From an uncultured Candidatus Peribacteria bacterium (GTDB lineage: Bacteria; Patescibacteriota; Gracilibacteria; Peribacterales; Peribacteraceae), in contig CAYMIX010000002.1 of the NCBI GenBank assembly GCA_964391185.1, positions 90,968-154,967 on the forward strand: a DNA stretch of 64,000 nt, written 5' to 3'. The translations under genes and the position numbers were made by a program. Shown piece by piece: positions 39,333-49,391 of the stretch. The notes beneath the pieces were generated by a model that saw only the letters and a program-made list of their open reading frames with translations, searched no databases and was not told the origin of the DNA. Every line of letters starts with the position of its first letter. The first letter of the stretch is position 1.

Positions 39333-40988
39333 TCACGAATCCTTCTGTTTGGATTCGTGATATGTCATTTCTAGATTCACCTCCCACAAATTCATATTGT
39401 CCGTCTTTCCTGCGACAATGTTATCCACTGCCATCATTGCTGTGAGCATGCTGTGATCTTGGTTGTTGTAACGGTGCATGCCGTTGCGGCCAATCAAGTA
39501 CAGATTTGGAATCGTATTCACGTAATCACGCACAACATCCAAATGATCATACATTCCCCAGTAGGCTGGATACGCTTTGGGCATGCGGAGGACACAGGCG
39601 TCGATGAGATCTTCTTTTTTGCAGAAACCAATTTTTTCCATTTCGCTGATGCCGAGTTCGATCAGTTTTTCATCATGCATTTCCCACAAATCTCCACCTT
39701 CATTGACGAAATATTCGAGACCGATCCATGTCGTGTTTTTATAATCTGCCACCATGTAGGGGCTCCAGTTATTGAAGATCTGAATACGACCGACACGTAC
39801 GCCACCTTCCTGCACGTAGATCCAATTATCTGGAACACTGGTGACAGTTTTTACTCCACCCTCTTGGACGTTCAATTTTTTGAGGAGCAAACCGACAGTA
39901 AGAAAATCGCGATAATGGAGGCCTTCAGCCACCTCCACCACTGGCACAGGCGGACGCGGTGTCATCATGCCAATGAGATGCTTGATCGGCATCGTCGAGA
40001 AGAAGTAATCGCATGCGACTTCGACAGTTTCATGCGTGTCGACGTTTTCTAATGTCGCAGATTCGATGCGACCATTGTGTACACGCACACCGGAAACGCG
40101 CGTTTTCATCCGCACTTCTCCACCCATTTCTTTTACGAGCTTTGTGACCTCTTCCCACATTTGTCCTGGGCCATACTTAGGATAAAAGAATCGTGTGATA
40201 AGACTTGTCTCACGTTCTTCTTGAGCTTTCTTAAAATCGCTCGAGACGAGATCTTTGAATGCATGTGCAACGGCGCGCTTAAGCGATAAGCCTTTCACGC
40301 GTTGTGCGCCCCAATCTGCGCGGATCGCACTGCAGGGAACACCCCACACTTTCTCGGTGTAGGCTTCGAAAAATGTTTTATACAAACGATCGCCAAAGCG
40401 ATTTCGATAAAACGCATCGAGGTACGTTTCATCTTTGAGAGGAACGATCTGACGCTTAATGTAACTACAGCCAATGAGGAATGTATTCCATATACCCAAA
40501 CGCTTCGCCACCAGAAACGTGATGCCGATCGGATATGGAAAGAAATGCTTGTGATAGAAAATGCGACTCATGCGCGGCCTCTGTAACATCACCGCATCTT
40601 CCTTCTCAGGATCTGGTGCTCTTGGTTGGGACTTAGGACTTAGGACATTGGACTTGGGATTATCCCTAAGTCCTACCTCCGACGTCCCATGTCCTTCCTC
40701 GGTGGAGGGATAATCAACTTCATGTCCCTTTTCAATATCATCAGCCGATGGTGCGCCTTGTAGTGGCAAAATATTGAACCACCAATCCATCACACGTTTT
40801 TCTTTGCTGAAGAACCGGTGACCACCGATATCGATACGATTGCCTTTGTAATTATATGTCTGGGCGATGCCACCGATTGCGTCTGTCGTTTCACAAACGA
40901 TCGGATGAACGTCAGAACGCTTCAGAAGTTCGTACGCAGCTGTGAGCCCTGCTGGTCCTGCGCCTGCAATAATAGCAACTTTAGACAT
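39333..40988 (-). CDS. NAD(P)/FAD-dependent oxidoreductase (amine-oxidase / Glf-like fold)
   Basis: [24 protein letters not shown] dinucleotide-binding motif. The track N-terminal extension ([15 protein letters not shown]) is a family E repeat. Confidence 0.75.
   Translation of the reverse strand: MSKVAIIAGAGPAGLTAAYELLKRSDVHPIVCETTDAIGGIAQTYNYKGNRIDIGGHRFFSKEKRVMDWWFNILPLQGAPSADDIEKGHEVDYPSTEEGHGTSEVGLRDNPKSNVLSPKSQPRAPDPEKEDAVMLQRPRMSRIFYHKHFFPYPIGITFLVAKRLGIWNTFLIGCSYIKRQIVPLKDETYLDAFYRNRFGDRLYKTFFEAYTEKVWGVPCSAIRADWGAQRVKGLSLKRAVAHAFKDLVSSDFKKAQEERETSLITRFFYPKYGPGQMWEEVTKLVKEMGGEVRMKTRVSGVRVHNGRIESATLENVDTHETVEVACDYFFSTMPIKHLIGMMTPRPPVPVVEVAEGLHYRDFLTVGLLLKKLNVQEGGVKTVTSVPDNWIYVQEGGVRVGRIQIFNNWSPYMVADYKNTTWIGLEYFVNEGGDLWEMHDEKLIELGISEMEKIGFCKKEDLIDACVLRMPKAYPAYWGMYDHLDVVRDYVNTIPNLYLIGRNGMHRYNNQDHSMLTAMMAVDNIVAGKTDNMNLWEVNLEMTYHESKQKDS
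40625..40680. repeat. family F repeat inserted in frame in the oxidoreductase
   Basis: GGACTTAGGACTTAGGAC tandem plus GGACTTGGGATTATCCCTAAGTCC palindrome. Encodes [18 protein letters not shown]. Confidence 0.65.
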
Positions 40989-41109
40989 AGTAGAGAGTAT
41001 AACCAGACCGGCGACCTGCCCACCGTAGCTCCACAGAGCGAAGGCGGGTAGTCGCAACCTTCTTCGTCATAATAAGTTGCGGAACCATACCATACAGTTG
41101 GCTTCTATC

Positions 41110-42321
41110 CTACGATGTACTGTGCGTTCCCCACTGATCACGAATGAATCCTTTGATGCCGCCAGGGATAACTGGAACAACGAGAATCATCCATGAAAGA
41201 ATCGCCATCATATCTATAAATAATGGCAGTGCAGCAATCGAATAATCAGGGAGAAATGTCCCCTTCCACGAAAGAAACAAATAGAAGAACTGGAAGTGCA
41301 ATGTGACGATCGCAATCGGAATGAGTAACCGATACTTCACCAGCAATGGGATGCTGGCCAATGCCAAAAAGAGCACGGACATCTCCATGTAGAAGTGGTC
41401 CATATGATCGAGCAATGCGGCGAGGATGTAGGCTATCAGGAACGCAACACCAAGCGCACGAGCCAACCGAATATCCTTCCAGAATTGACGCGGATAGAGC
41501 AACGAAAATACTCCGAGTAACATCAGGATTGGTGACGAGTGAACGAGATTCCCCTGCCCCGTTTTCCCCGGATCTGGGAAATAGAAATTGTGAATGGAGA
41601 ACAACATCTGCACACCGTGTGCGGCATTGAGTGGGAATCGCCACCACACAAATACATTTGCCTGCGTAATGTCTGGGTGCGCACCGACGATGATGTGACC
41701 AACTTGCAGGTACTGCATGACGACGTATGCGATTGGAATTGGCAACATCAGGAGAATCTGCATCCAGCCGCGACGAATGACAGACTCATGTATGGTCGGC
41801 TTCCAAAAAAGAAACAGTGGAAGCAGCGCGATGGCAAATGGTTTCGTCAGAATTGCAAATGCCCACGGCAACCAGGCCCACGCTGAACCTCGCCCACGGA
41901 GACCGATGGTTATCAGTGTGAGCAGCGTGAAGGATGCAAAGGTAAAGCCTTGGAACGCCATAAAAGCAAAAAATGGCATGAACGCCGTCGCATAGGCAAA
42001 GAACACTGACTGCAGTCGATCACGCAGAAGATGTTTTGCTGCAAAATAGGCAGCAAGTGGCAAAAAGAATGCGCACGCTACTTGGAAGTAGGCATTTAAT
42101 GCGTAGGAAGGCGCAATCAGATAAAAGGGCAGCGCAAGAAATGATGACCCCTGAAAACCAGGAATGGAGAGATCGAGCTGCCCGCGCGCGAGTGCATCAA
42201 TGAACTTTTGATAATGGCCGTGATCATCTTGTGGTATAACGTTTGTGCGCCAAAAAACAATGGCTGTGACTATCTGAATGCAGATGAGGTGAAACGCCGG
42301 CTTTGAAAAAAGACGTTTCAT
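41110..42321 (-). CDS. polytopic membrane protein, putative GtrC-type (GT-C-like) glycosyltransferase
   Basis: >=10 TM. ATGA overlap with the upstream GtrB-like GT2. Call is from context only. Confidence 0.45.
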   Translation of the reverse strand: MKRLFSKPAFHLICIQIVTAIVFWRTNVIPQDDHGHYQKFIDALARGQLDLSIPGFQGSSFLALPFYLIAPSYALNAYFQVACAFFLPLAAYFAAKHLLRDRLQSVFFAYATAFMPFFAFMAFQGFTFASFTLLTLITIGLRGRGSAWAWLPWAFAILTKPFAIALLPLFLFWKPTIHESVIRRGWMQILLMLPIPIAYVVMQYLQVGHIIVGAHPDITQANVFVWWRFPLNAAHGVQMLFSIHNFYFPDPGKTGQGNLVHSSPILMLLGVFSLLYPRQFWKDIRLARALGVAFLIAYILAALLDHMDHFYMEMSVLFLALASIPLLVKYRLLIPIAIVTLHFQFFYLFLSWKGTFLPDYSIAALPLFIDMMAILSWMILVVPVIPGGIKGFIRDQWGTHSTS

Positions 42322-43046
42322 GAAGGGAATAAGCGCTTAACCAACGGGAAACGAATGCGGAGCACAGAGAGAAATGCCTCTTTGATTTCGTGCGCCGAAA
42401 GGTTCGAAATGCCGCGACGGCGATTTACAAAAACAACTGGAACATCGTGCACTTTAAAGCCCTTTTTGTGTAGCTGATACGCCACTTCTGAGAGAACGAC
42501 ATACCCTTTGGCATCGATACGATCCATATCGATAGCTTCAATAGCTTTACGTGTGTAGCAGCGGTATCCATTCGTGTAGTCCGTCATGGGAATACCCAAA
42601 ACCAACCGGGCATATCTATTGGCCCATCGACTGAAGAACGTGCGTCTCCATCCCCATTCGTGGATTTCACTCGTGGGAAGATATCGCGACCCAACGACGA
42701 AATCGCAGGTTTTAATTTTCTCCAAGATCATCGGAATTTCGTCAGGCTTGTGTGAGAAGTCTGCATCCATCTCAAGAAATAAATCGTATCCTTTCTCCAA
42801 ACCAAAACGAAAACCTGCAAGCACGGCGGATCCGCGACCCCCCTTCCCCTTGCGCGAAATTAAATGCAATCGACCGTTACGCGATGGAATGAGATCTGCA
42901 ATCAGTGTCGATGTTCCATCGGGCGATTCGTCATCCACAACCAAGACATCAATCTCCGGAGATTGTTTAAGAACAGCATCTATTAACTGCGCAATATTCT
43001 CGCGCTCGTTGTAGCTAGGGATGATAACTAAAATTTTACCGGACAT
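42318..43046 (-). CDS. GT2 polyprenol-phosphate hexose synthase (GtrB/Dpm1-like)
   Basis: KILVIIPSYNERENI..VLVVDDESPDGT..EMDADFSHKP. Confidence 0.85.
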   Translation of the reverse strand: MSGKILVIIPSYNERENIAQLIDAVLKQSPEIDVLVVDDESPDGTSTLIADLIPSRNGRLHLISRKGKGGRGSAVLAGFRFGLEKGYDLFLEMDADFSHKPDEIPMILEKIKTCDFVVGSRYLPTSEIHEWGWRRTFFSRWANRYARLVLGIPMTDYTNGYRCYTRKAIEAIDMDRIDAKGYVVLSEVAYQLHKKGFKVHDVPVVFVNRRRGISNLSAHEIKEAFLSVLRIRFPLVKRLFPS

Positions 43047-43065
43047 AAATCCTAGTCATCATAGC

Positions 43066-43500
43066 TTAGACAATCGCAACATCCACCTGCTCTTTCTTCT
43101 TAAAAATAAATCCGTGTGAGAGCGCATAGTTCCACGCCGCACCAACGCCGACCGCTGCGATTTTAGCAGGCAGATAGTGTACGCCAATCCAGAGTAACGC
43201 ATTGGAGATCAGCGCATTGGAAGCAATCGAAACACCATAAACAATGCCAAATTTTACCAATTGATTACCATACGACTTCTCACGATTGCGGAAGGTGAAG
43301 AATTTATTTGCGAAGAACACGAACGTAGCGCCAACGAGCGATGAAAGGATAACCGCGATGCGTTCATCAATCTGAAAAGTTTCGACAAAGAATGTAAGAG
43401 ACGTAAGATCGCACACAAAGCCAATGCCGCCGCAGATAATAAACTTCCACAGCTGCGAAGCATGTGTCCGAACATGTTGGTTCTGCAATACTTTTTTCAT
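43066..43500 (-). CDS. GtrA-family membrane protein
   Basis: 144 aa, 4 TM. LWKFIICGGIGFVCDLTSLTFFV..NYALSHGFIFK. Confidence 0.85.
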   Translation of the reverse strand: MKKVLQNQHVRTHASQLWKFIICGGIGFVCDLTSLTFFVETFQIDERIAVILSSLVGATFVFFANKFFTFRNREKSYGNQLVKFGIVYGVSIASNALISNALLWIGVHYLPAKIAAVGVGAAWNYALSHGFIFKKKEQVDVAIV

Positions 43501-43639
43501 AAATTGGGTGATGGAACTATTGATGACGAATATCTATATACATTACGACAGCTATTGAATTGTTACATTGTTAACAAGCAAAAAACATCCTTTATCGCCT
43601 GCGAACAATATAGCAATTTAACAATGTGAAGATAGATAA

Positions 43640-44593
43640 TCAGTCAGGAAGGCCGTTCCATGAGTCGTACGTTTTTTTAAGTCCATCCTTCAGCGATGTC
43701 CAATCCATTGCTTGTAATGCAGGATGCATTGGGAGCATGGGAATAGTTCGCGAACCAATAACCTTGCTTGTATCGTATTGAATCGGAAGATCGGGACGCA
43801 CCAAATCGCGAATACCTTCCGCTAAAACCTTCATGGGGACAACATCATTGGAGGTAATGTATTGTATGCCGGTTGCACCTTCATCCATGAGTGTGAACAC
43901 GGCCTTTACGAGATCTTCTACATATAAAAATGCCCGCTCTTGTGAGCCATCTCCCCACACTTTGAGCGCATCGTTCGCATCGCGTGTCTTTACCATAAGA
44001 GCTGGAATTACGTTACCCTCTTCGTTGAACGTATCACGGGGACCATATACACCGACCGGACGAAGGATCAGTAATGGGAATTGGCGCTGGCGCGAAGCGG
44101 TAAGCCACAAGGTGCAGCAAATCGCTTTGCCCAAAACATACCCATCGATTTTATCTGACTGTGCGATAGCAATGGGATCGAGTGTAGGTGGCACGTTTGC
44201 CGTGCTGAAGAATGTCACCGGAATGCTGCGATCTTTTTCTTTAAGACCATCGAGCAACGCCAAGGTCATGCGAACATTATCGTTGGTAACATCACTTGGA
44301 CGTTTGTGGTGATATTCCACATTACGGCGACTGGAAGCAAGATGAATGACTTCATCGACACCATCAACAAGCTCAGCACAGTATTCCGCGCTGCGTAAAT
44401 CTCCTTCGATCCAATCGATTTCTGCACGACGAGCAGAAAGGTGGCGATAGTTTTGGGCACGCAATGGCACGCGGACTTTCGCACCACGATCAAGAAGCTG
44501 TTCGACAAAAAAACTGCCGATAAAACCTGTGCCACCCGTTACTAATACTGACTTACCTTTCCATTTCTTTGTCATACTGCCAAAGGGTATCAC
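43640..44593 (-). CDS. NAD-dependent epimerase/dehydratase (SDR); start 44593 (GTG) or 44575 (ATG)
   Basis: KSVLVTGGTGFIGSFFVEQLLDRGAKV. TAGAAT at 44604-44599. Confidence 0.75.
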   Translation of the reverse strand: MIPFGSMTKKWKGKSVLVTGGTGFIGSFFVEQLLDRGAKVRVPLRAQNYRHLSARRAEIDWIEGDLRSAEYCAELVDGVDEVIHLASSRRNVEYHHKRPSDVTNDNVRMTLALLDGLKEKDRSIPVTFFSTANVPPTLDPIAIAQSDKIDGYVLGKAICCTLWLTASRQRQFPLLILRPVGVYGPRDTFNEEGNVIPALMVKTRDANDALKVWGDGSQERAFLYVEDLVKAVFTLMDEGATGIQYITSNDVVPMKVLAEGIRDLVRPDLPIQYDTSKVIGSRTIPMLPMHPALQAMDWTSLKDGLKKTYDSWNGLPD

Positions 44594-44603
44594 AGGAAAT
44601 TCT

Positions 44604-44697
44604 AAATCCTAAGCACTAAACTCTAAACAAATCCTCATTTGGAAAAACGTTATTTATTTGAATTTGTTTAGAACTTAGAATTTAGTGCTTAGGATTT
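44604..44697. repeat. 94-bp imperfect palindrome between gmd and the SDR gene
   Basis: AAATCCTAAGCACTAAACTCTAAACAAAT ... ATTTGTTTAGAACTTAGAATTTAGTGCTTAGGATTT. Confidence 0.8.
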
Positions 44698-45796
44698 ACT
44701 GCAATGCTGCAGATAAACCTCCTGCTGCAGAAAGATGTGAATCTAGATTCACGTTCGCCGGAAGCAACACACCGTGTGTTTTGCAGTCTGCCTCCATCAT
44801 GATGTGTGCGAGCTCATGGAGCTGCGTCTTGGCTTCCCAACCAAGAACATTTTTCGCCTTTGATGCATCACCAATCAACAAATCGACTTCCGCAGGACGA
44901 ATATATGAGGGATCGATCGCGACGATCGTTTTGCCTGTGCGCGTATCGATGTAGTGCTCTTCGAGACCTTCACCACGGCGTTCAAAGGGAATGCCTGCGA
45001 TTGTGAGGCAGATCTCTACGAATGAACGAACTGATTCCGTGCGGCCTGTAGCAAGAACGAAGTCATCTGCTTTTTCCTGCTGAAGCATGCGCCACATTCC
45101 TTCGACATACTCTTTGGCATACCCCCAGTCGCGCTTGGCATCGAAGTTACCGAGATAGAGGCAATCGAGCTCCCCTGCGAGCATGCGCGCGATGCTCAAG
45201 GTAATTTTGCGTGTAACGAAGTTTTCGCCACGACGTGGAGATTCGTGGTTGAAGAGGATTCCGTTCACCGCAAACATCCCGTAACTCTCGCGATAGTTCT
45301 TAGTAATGTAGAAAGAATATGCCTTCGCACATCCATACGGGCTACGAGGATAGAATGGCGTGTTTTCGTTTTGAGGAGTTTCAAGCACCTTTCCATACAA
45401 TTCACTCGAGCTCGCCTGGTAGAACTTTGTTTTCAAACCTGTCGTACGAATTGCCTCGAGTAAGCGGACAGTTCCTGAACCCGTGATATCTGCGGTGTAT
45501 TCCGGCATATCGAAGCTCACTCCGACATGACTCTGCGCTGCAAGGTTATAAATTTCATCGGGCTGGACCATCTGAAGAACGCGAACCAACGAACTGGAAT
45601 CGCCCAAATCTCCATAGTGCAATGTGAGGTTCACCCGGGTTGTATGTGGATCGCTAAAGAGATGATCAATGCGTCCGCGGTTGAATGTGGAAGCGCGACG
45701 GACCAACCCATGCACTTCGTACCCTTTGGAGAGCAGGAGCTCTGCCAAGTACGAACCATCCTGGCCGGTGATACCCGTGATAAGAGCTTTAGGCAT
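44696..45796 (-). CDS. gmd: GDP-mannose 4,6-dehydratase
   Basis: [51 protein letters not shown]. Confidence 0.95.
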   Translation of the reverse strand: MPKALITGITGQDGSYLAELLLSKGYEVHGLVRRASTFNRGRIDHLFSDPHTTRVNLTLHYGDLGDSSSLVRVLQMVQPDEIYNLAAQSHVGVSFDMPEYTADITGSGTVRLLEAIRTTGLKTKFYQASSSELYGKVLETPQNENTPFYPRSPYGCAKAYSFYITKNYRESYGMFAVNGILFNHESPRRGENFVTRKITLSIARMLAGELDCLYLGNFDAKRDWGYAKEYVEGMWRMLQQEKADDFVLATGRTESVRSFVEICLTIAGIPFERRGEGLEEHYIDTRTGKTIVAIDPSYIRPAEVDLLIGDASKAKNVLGWEAKTQLHELAHIMMEADCKTHGVLLPANVNLDSHLSAAGGLSAALQ

Positions 45797-45900
45797 GTAA
45801 GACGAGCAAAAAGAGGTTATAGTATAGCTGATTTATCCTTCTCACGACAAACACCAGGGGTATTCGTGCACAAAGCAGTTATATGCTATATTTTGGGCAT

Positions 45901-46929
45901 ATGGCTGCGTTAAAAGGTTTGGCAGAAGACTGCCGTGCATTCCTCAAGGGTAAACGCATCGTCATTACCGGCGGACACGGTTTTTTGGGGTCAAATGTGC
46001 GAGCATATTTGGATAAAATGAACATTTCATATGTGGCTCCCACCCACGCAGAAATGGACGCGGAAAATACCGATGACCTGCGGAAATATATCCGTGAAGG
46101 TGATTATGTCCTGCACCTTGCCGCTCTCTGCGGCGGTATTCGAGTAAACACCGCACGCCCACATGATCTCTTTGAACGAAATTTGCGTATGGGTCTTGCG
46201 GTATTAGACGTGTGTGCGGAGAAAAAAATCAGCAAACTCCTCGTGATTGGAACAGTCTGTGAATACCCGGATGCCGCGCCAGTTCCACTGAAAGAAGAAA
46301 CTATGTGGAATGGACTACCCAATCGCGATACCGGCGCTTATGGAATGGCGAAGCGCATGCTCCTCTACTACGGCATTGAGTTTGAAAAAGTTCTCCCCTT
46401 CTCCATCACGCACTTAATCCCAACGAACATCTACGGACCACACGATCATTTTGATCCTATCAACGGACATGTGATCCCTGGGATGATCGCTCGTATGTAC
46501 GAAGCAAAATTGCGTAACGACCCAACCTTCTCCGTATGGGGCAGTGGCACACAAACCCGCGAATTTATTCACGCGGAAGACGTGAGTCGCGCCCTGTTAC
46601 TCGGCCTATGCAAAGACACTGGCCCGCATGCAATCAACCTGGGATCAGGTCGCGAAATCACCATCGCACATATTGCACAGTTGATTAAGCAGTATCTTGG
46701 ATTCGAAGGAAAGATCATTTTTGATGTTACCGCACCAATCGGTTCCAAACGACGCCAGCTGGATACCGCGCGCGCTAAAACACTCCTAGGATTCGAAGCA
46801 ACAATCGAACTGGAAAAGGGGCTTAAAGAATTGGTGGAATATTACCTCTACAATCACGCAGAAGCCTCGACAAGCGTGCACAGGAGATCAACTTCTTCGC
46901 TCGTGAGTTCAGGATTGTTGGGGAAGTAA
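45901..46929 (+). CDS. GDP-L-fucose synthase family epimerase/reductase (Fcl or ColC-type)
   Basis: KRIVITGGHGFLGSNV..YGMAKRM..NIYGPHDHF..GSGTQTREFIHAEDV. Confidence 0.8.
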   Translation: MAALKGLAEDCRAFLKGKRIVITGGHGFLGSNVRAYLDKMNISYVAPTHAEMDAENTDDLRKYIREGDYVLHLAALCGGIRVNTARPHDLFERNLRMGLAVLDVCAEKKISKLLVIGTVCEYPDAAPVPLKEETMWNGLPNRDTGAYGMAKRMLLYYGIEFEKVLPFSITHLIPTNIYGPHDHFDPINGHVIPGMIARMYEAKLRNDPTFSVWGSGTQTREFIHAEDVSRALLLGLCKDTGPHAINLGSGREITIAHIAQLIKQYLGFEGKIIFDVTAPIGSKRRQLDTARAKTLLGFEATIELEKGLKELVEYYLYNHAEASTSVHRRSTSSLVSSGLLGK

Positions 46930-48035
46930 AACCCTTGTGCATGGACCAAATCCGCATGTGGAAGATGTGCAGCTGGTAACACCTTCTTCCAGAAGGGATG
47001 GTTTGCGATGTTGCCAGCGATCACCGGGCGAATCTCTACGCCAGCAGCTTCAAACCGTTGAATAATAGATGCAAGGATGTCTTCAGATTGCGCGATGAGT
47101 GGCATGGCAAAGTTGGAGACGCGCTCTATGTGATGAGCACTGAGAGCGTAATAGAGATCTGGACGTTTTGCTGCAGCCGCATGGAAACGCTTGAAGTTTG
47201 CTTCACGCTTTTGAATCGTGCTTTCGAGCATCGGCAGTTGGACTGATCCGAGGAATCCGGTGATCTCCGTCGGACGCAAATTGTAGGCAGATTCGTAGAA
47301 TGTATATCGCGCATGGAAATCATCGACATGGTTTTCGGCACGCATTTTCTTCTGCATTTCTACAGGAAGACTTCGGTCCCAACCGTGCGCACGCACCATC
47401 ACCATCATGTGATACAACTCTTCATCGTCGGTACAGATAATGCCTCCTTCGATAGTAGAAAGATGATGTCCGACGAAGAATGAACAGGTGGATGCAATAC
47501 CATAATTTCCGAGGAGTTTTTCTTTGTAACGTGTCCCCAACGATTCGCAGTTATCTTCGATGAGAATCACATGATGTTCGTCACACAAGTTTTTGATCGC
47601 ATCGATATCACCACAAAAACCAAGCACGTTCGTAATGAAGAATGCCTGGAGATCGTTGATGTGCTTTTTGAGTTCGTCAGCCGTAACGTTTAAGTGATCC
47701 ACACTGCAATCGATGGCAACCGGCACCAATCCCAACTGCATCAGAGGCATGACGTTTGTGGCCCATGTGAGAGCGGAAACACCAACCTTATCGCCGCGCT
47801 TCAGTCGACCAAGGTTAATAAGCGATTGAATGAGATCGAGGTTGGCTGTGCTGCCATTGCTCACAAGCACCGCATATTTTCGCTCCTGGAACGTAGCGAA
47901 TTCGCGTTCAAACTGGACACAATGTTCGCCCATACTCAGACGCGATGATTTTCTGATGAAATCCGCGAGCTTATCTTTCGTCTGCTCTTCCTCAAAAAAA
48001 GTCGAGCGCATCAATGGAATTCTGATACTTGTCAT
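46854..48035 (-). CDS. DegT/DnrJ/EryC1-fold sugar 3-dehydratase-like enzyme (ColD/RfbH-like; His replaces the PLP lysine)
   Basis: SFFVGHHLSTIEGG, where aminotransferases have SFxxxK. HGWDR motif. ATG 48035 preceded by TATCAT-N6. Confidence 0.6.
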   Translation of the reverse strand: MTSIRIPLMRSTFFEEEQTKDKLADFIRKSSRLSMGEHCVQFEREFATFQERKYAVLVSNGSTANLDLIQSLINLGRLKRGDKVGVSALTWATNVMPLMQLGLVPVAIDCSVDHLNVTADELKKHINDLQAFFITNVLGFCGDIDAIKNLCDEHHVILIEDNCESLGTRYKEKLLGNYGIASTCSFFVGHHLSTIEGGIICTDDEELYHMMVMVRAHGWDRSLPVEMQKKMRAENHVDDFHARYTFYESAYNLRPTEITGFLGSVQLPMLESTIQKREANFKRFHAAAAKRPDLYYALSAHHIERVSNFAMPLIAQSEDILASIIQRFEAAGVEIRPVIAGNIANHPFWKKVLPAAHLPHADLVHAQGFYFPNNPELTSEEVDLLCTLVEASA

Positions 48036-48068
48036 GTTCATATGATACCAAATACATATCGAACATGC

Positions 48069-48101
48069 TCGTTCTTCGTTCATTCGTGCCTCGAAGAACG
48101 A
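48069..48101. repeat. family B hairpin repeat
   Basis: TCGTTCTTCG/CGAAGAACGA stem, followed by ATTAACGAATCAAC. Confidence 0.75.
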
Positions 48102-48102
48102 A

Positions 48103-49293
48103 TTAACGAATCAACCTCGTAATCGCATCAGATACAATCTTTTTGACCGCCTCCTCTGAAAATAGTTTATGAGCTTTGGCATAAGCGGCATCCGCCTGCT
48201 TCTGGCGACGAACGTAATCAGATAATTCTATGAGATGATCGACGTATTCGTCAGGGGTATCTGCGAGCATTATTTCTTTCCCTGGTTCGAAGTGGTAACC
48301 GGCAATCTTCGTTGTGATAAGAGGAATGGAACGACACAATGGTTCGAATACTTTCTGCTGCATACCATGCCCAGTAATCCACGGGCAGAGTGCAATATCC
48401 ATTTTGGAAATAAATTCACCGAGATCCGGAACGAACCCAACAGGTTGCGCGTCGTCACCGAGATATTCTTTATACCGATCCATCGGGAACTTGCTGCCCG
48501 TGAAGTGGAACCGGAACTTCCCCGGAGCACGCTTGCGGACAATCGGCAGAATCTTTTCGATCATGTATTCAAGCGCATCACGATTGTGTCCCATGTTGTA
48601 GTTCGAGCTCAGGAACACGACATCGAGAACTTCTTTATGCTGATGCGTTTTGTGCGCAAAGCATTTGGATAAACCACGCAGCGGCAACGTACCCGTGTGC
48701 TTGGCTCCGCGACTCTTGTACCAATCCTCTTCTACTGGAGTAATGCCAAAGATGAAGTCCGATTCCTTTGCAGCAATCGTCTCACCCGGATATTTCGGAA
48801 GGGACTTGATAATGGACTTCAGTGACCATCCATTTTCATCACGACAGTTTGCAGGTTCATTGAGTGACGACTTCATGATCGTTGGAATGCCGTATGGCTT
48901 GAGCAGTCTCAACGTTGGCCAAAGCAAGGTGTATTCAATCCATGCGAGATCTGGCTTGAATCGTTCGACCTCTTCTTTCACAACACGTTCGTATTCAGGA
49001 TCGGTGTATTCCAGAGCCGCACCATCGAGTAATGCTGGAGATGCGAGGATGCGTGGAATCCTTTTGAGAGCTAATTGATATGGATGCTGGACATAGGGAA
49101 GAAGCGTCAGCGGAATATTCAGCTCAGCAAATGCGCGTTCGACATCTTCACGTGGTTGCCACTTATGAATCTTGGCAATTACATGGAGTTCGTACCCCAA
49201 GCTCTGCATCTGCTTTAAACCATTAAAGCGGTCCTGCTGGCAGGCGCCAGTGACGGGGTAAGGGACCCAGGGTGTTAAAACTAATATCTTCAC
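48103..49293 (-). CDS. GT4-like (GT-B) glycosyltransferase
   Basis: VKILVLTPWVPYP. C-terminal E..(7)..E-type region. GTG 49293 preceded by TATCCT-N6. Confidence 0.7.
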   Translation of the reverse strand: MKILVLTPWVPYPVTGACQQDRFNGLKQMQSLGYELHVIAKIHKWQPREDVERAFAELNIPLTLLPYVQHPYQLALKRIPRILASPALLDGAALEYTDPEYERVVKEEVERFKPDLAWIEYTLLWPTLRLLKPYGIPTIMKSSLNEPANCRDENGWSLKSIIKSLPKYPGETIAAKESDFIFGITPVEEDWYKSRGAKHTGTLPLRGLSKCFAHKTHQHKEVLDVVFLSSNYNMGHNRDALEYMIEKILPIVRKRAPGKFRFHFTGSKFPMDRYKEYLGDDAQPVGFVPDLGEFISKMDIALCPWITGHGMQQKVFEPLCRSIPLITTKIAGYHFEPGKEIMLADTPDEYVDHLIELSDYVRRQKQADAAYAKAHKLFSEEAVKKIVSDAITRLIR

Positions 49294-49336
49294 GGGTTTA
49301 GGATACACGAAACAGCGTTCAGTTAACGGGTTAATT

Positions 49337-49361
49337 CGTTAATTCGTTCTTCGAATTAACG
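49337..49361. repeat. family B hairpin repeat
   Basis: CGTTAATTCG-ttctt-CGAATTAACG, inside a run of TTAAC(G) units (49321-49380). Confidence 0.75.
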
Positions 49362-49391
49362 CATTAACAAATTAACGTTAGACTCAGTTTA

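Noticed and set aside
31880-40680. Short tandem units (AATCAGAAG x2, GGACTTAG x2) as CRISPR-like or VNTR arrays
   Set aside because: Only 2 copies, 8-9 bp units, no spacers, and located inside coding sequences. They are parts of palindromic repeat families, not arrays.
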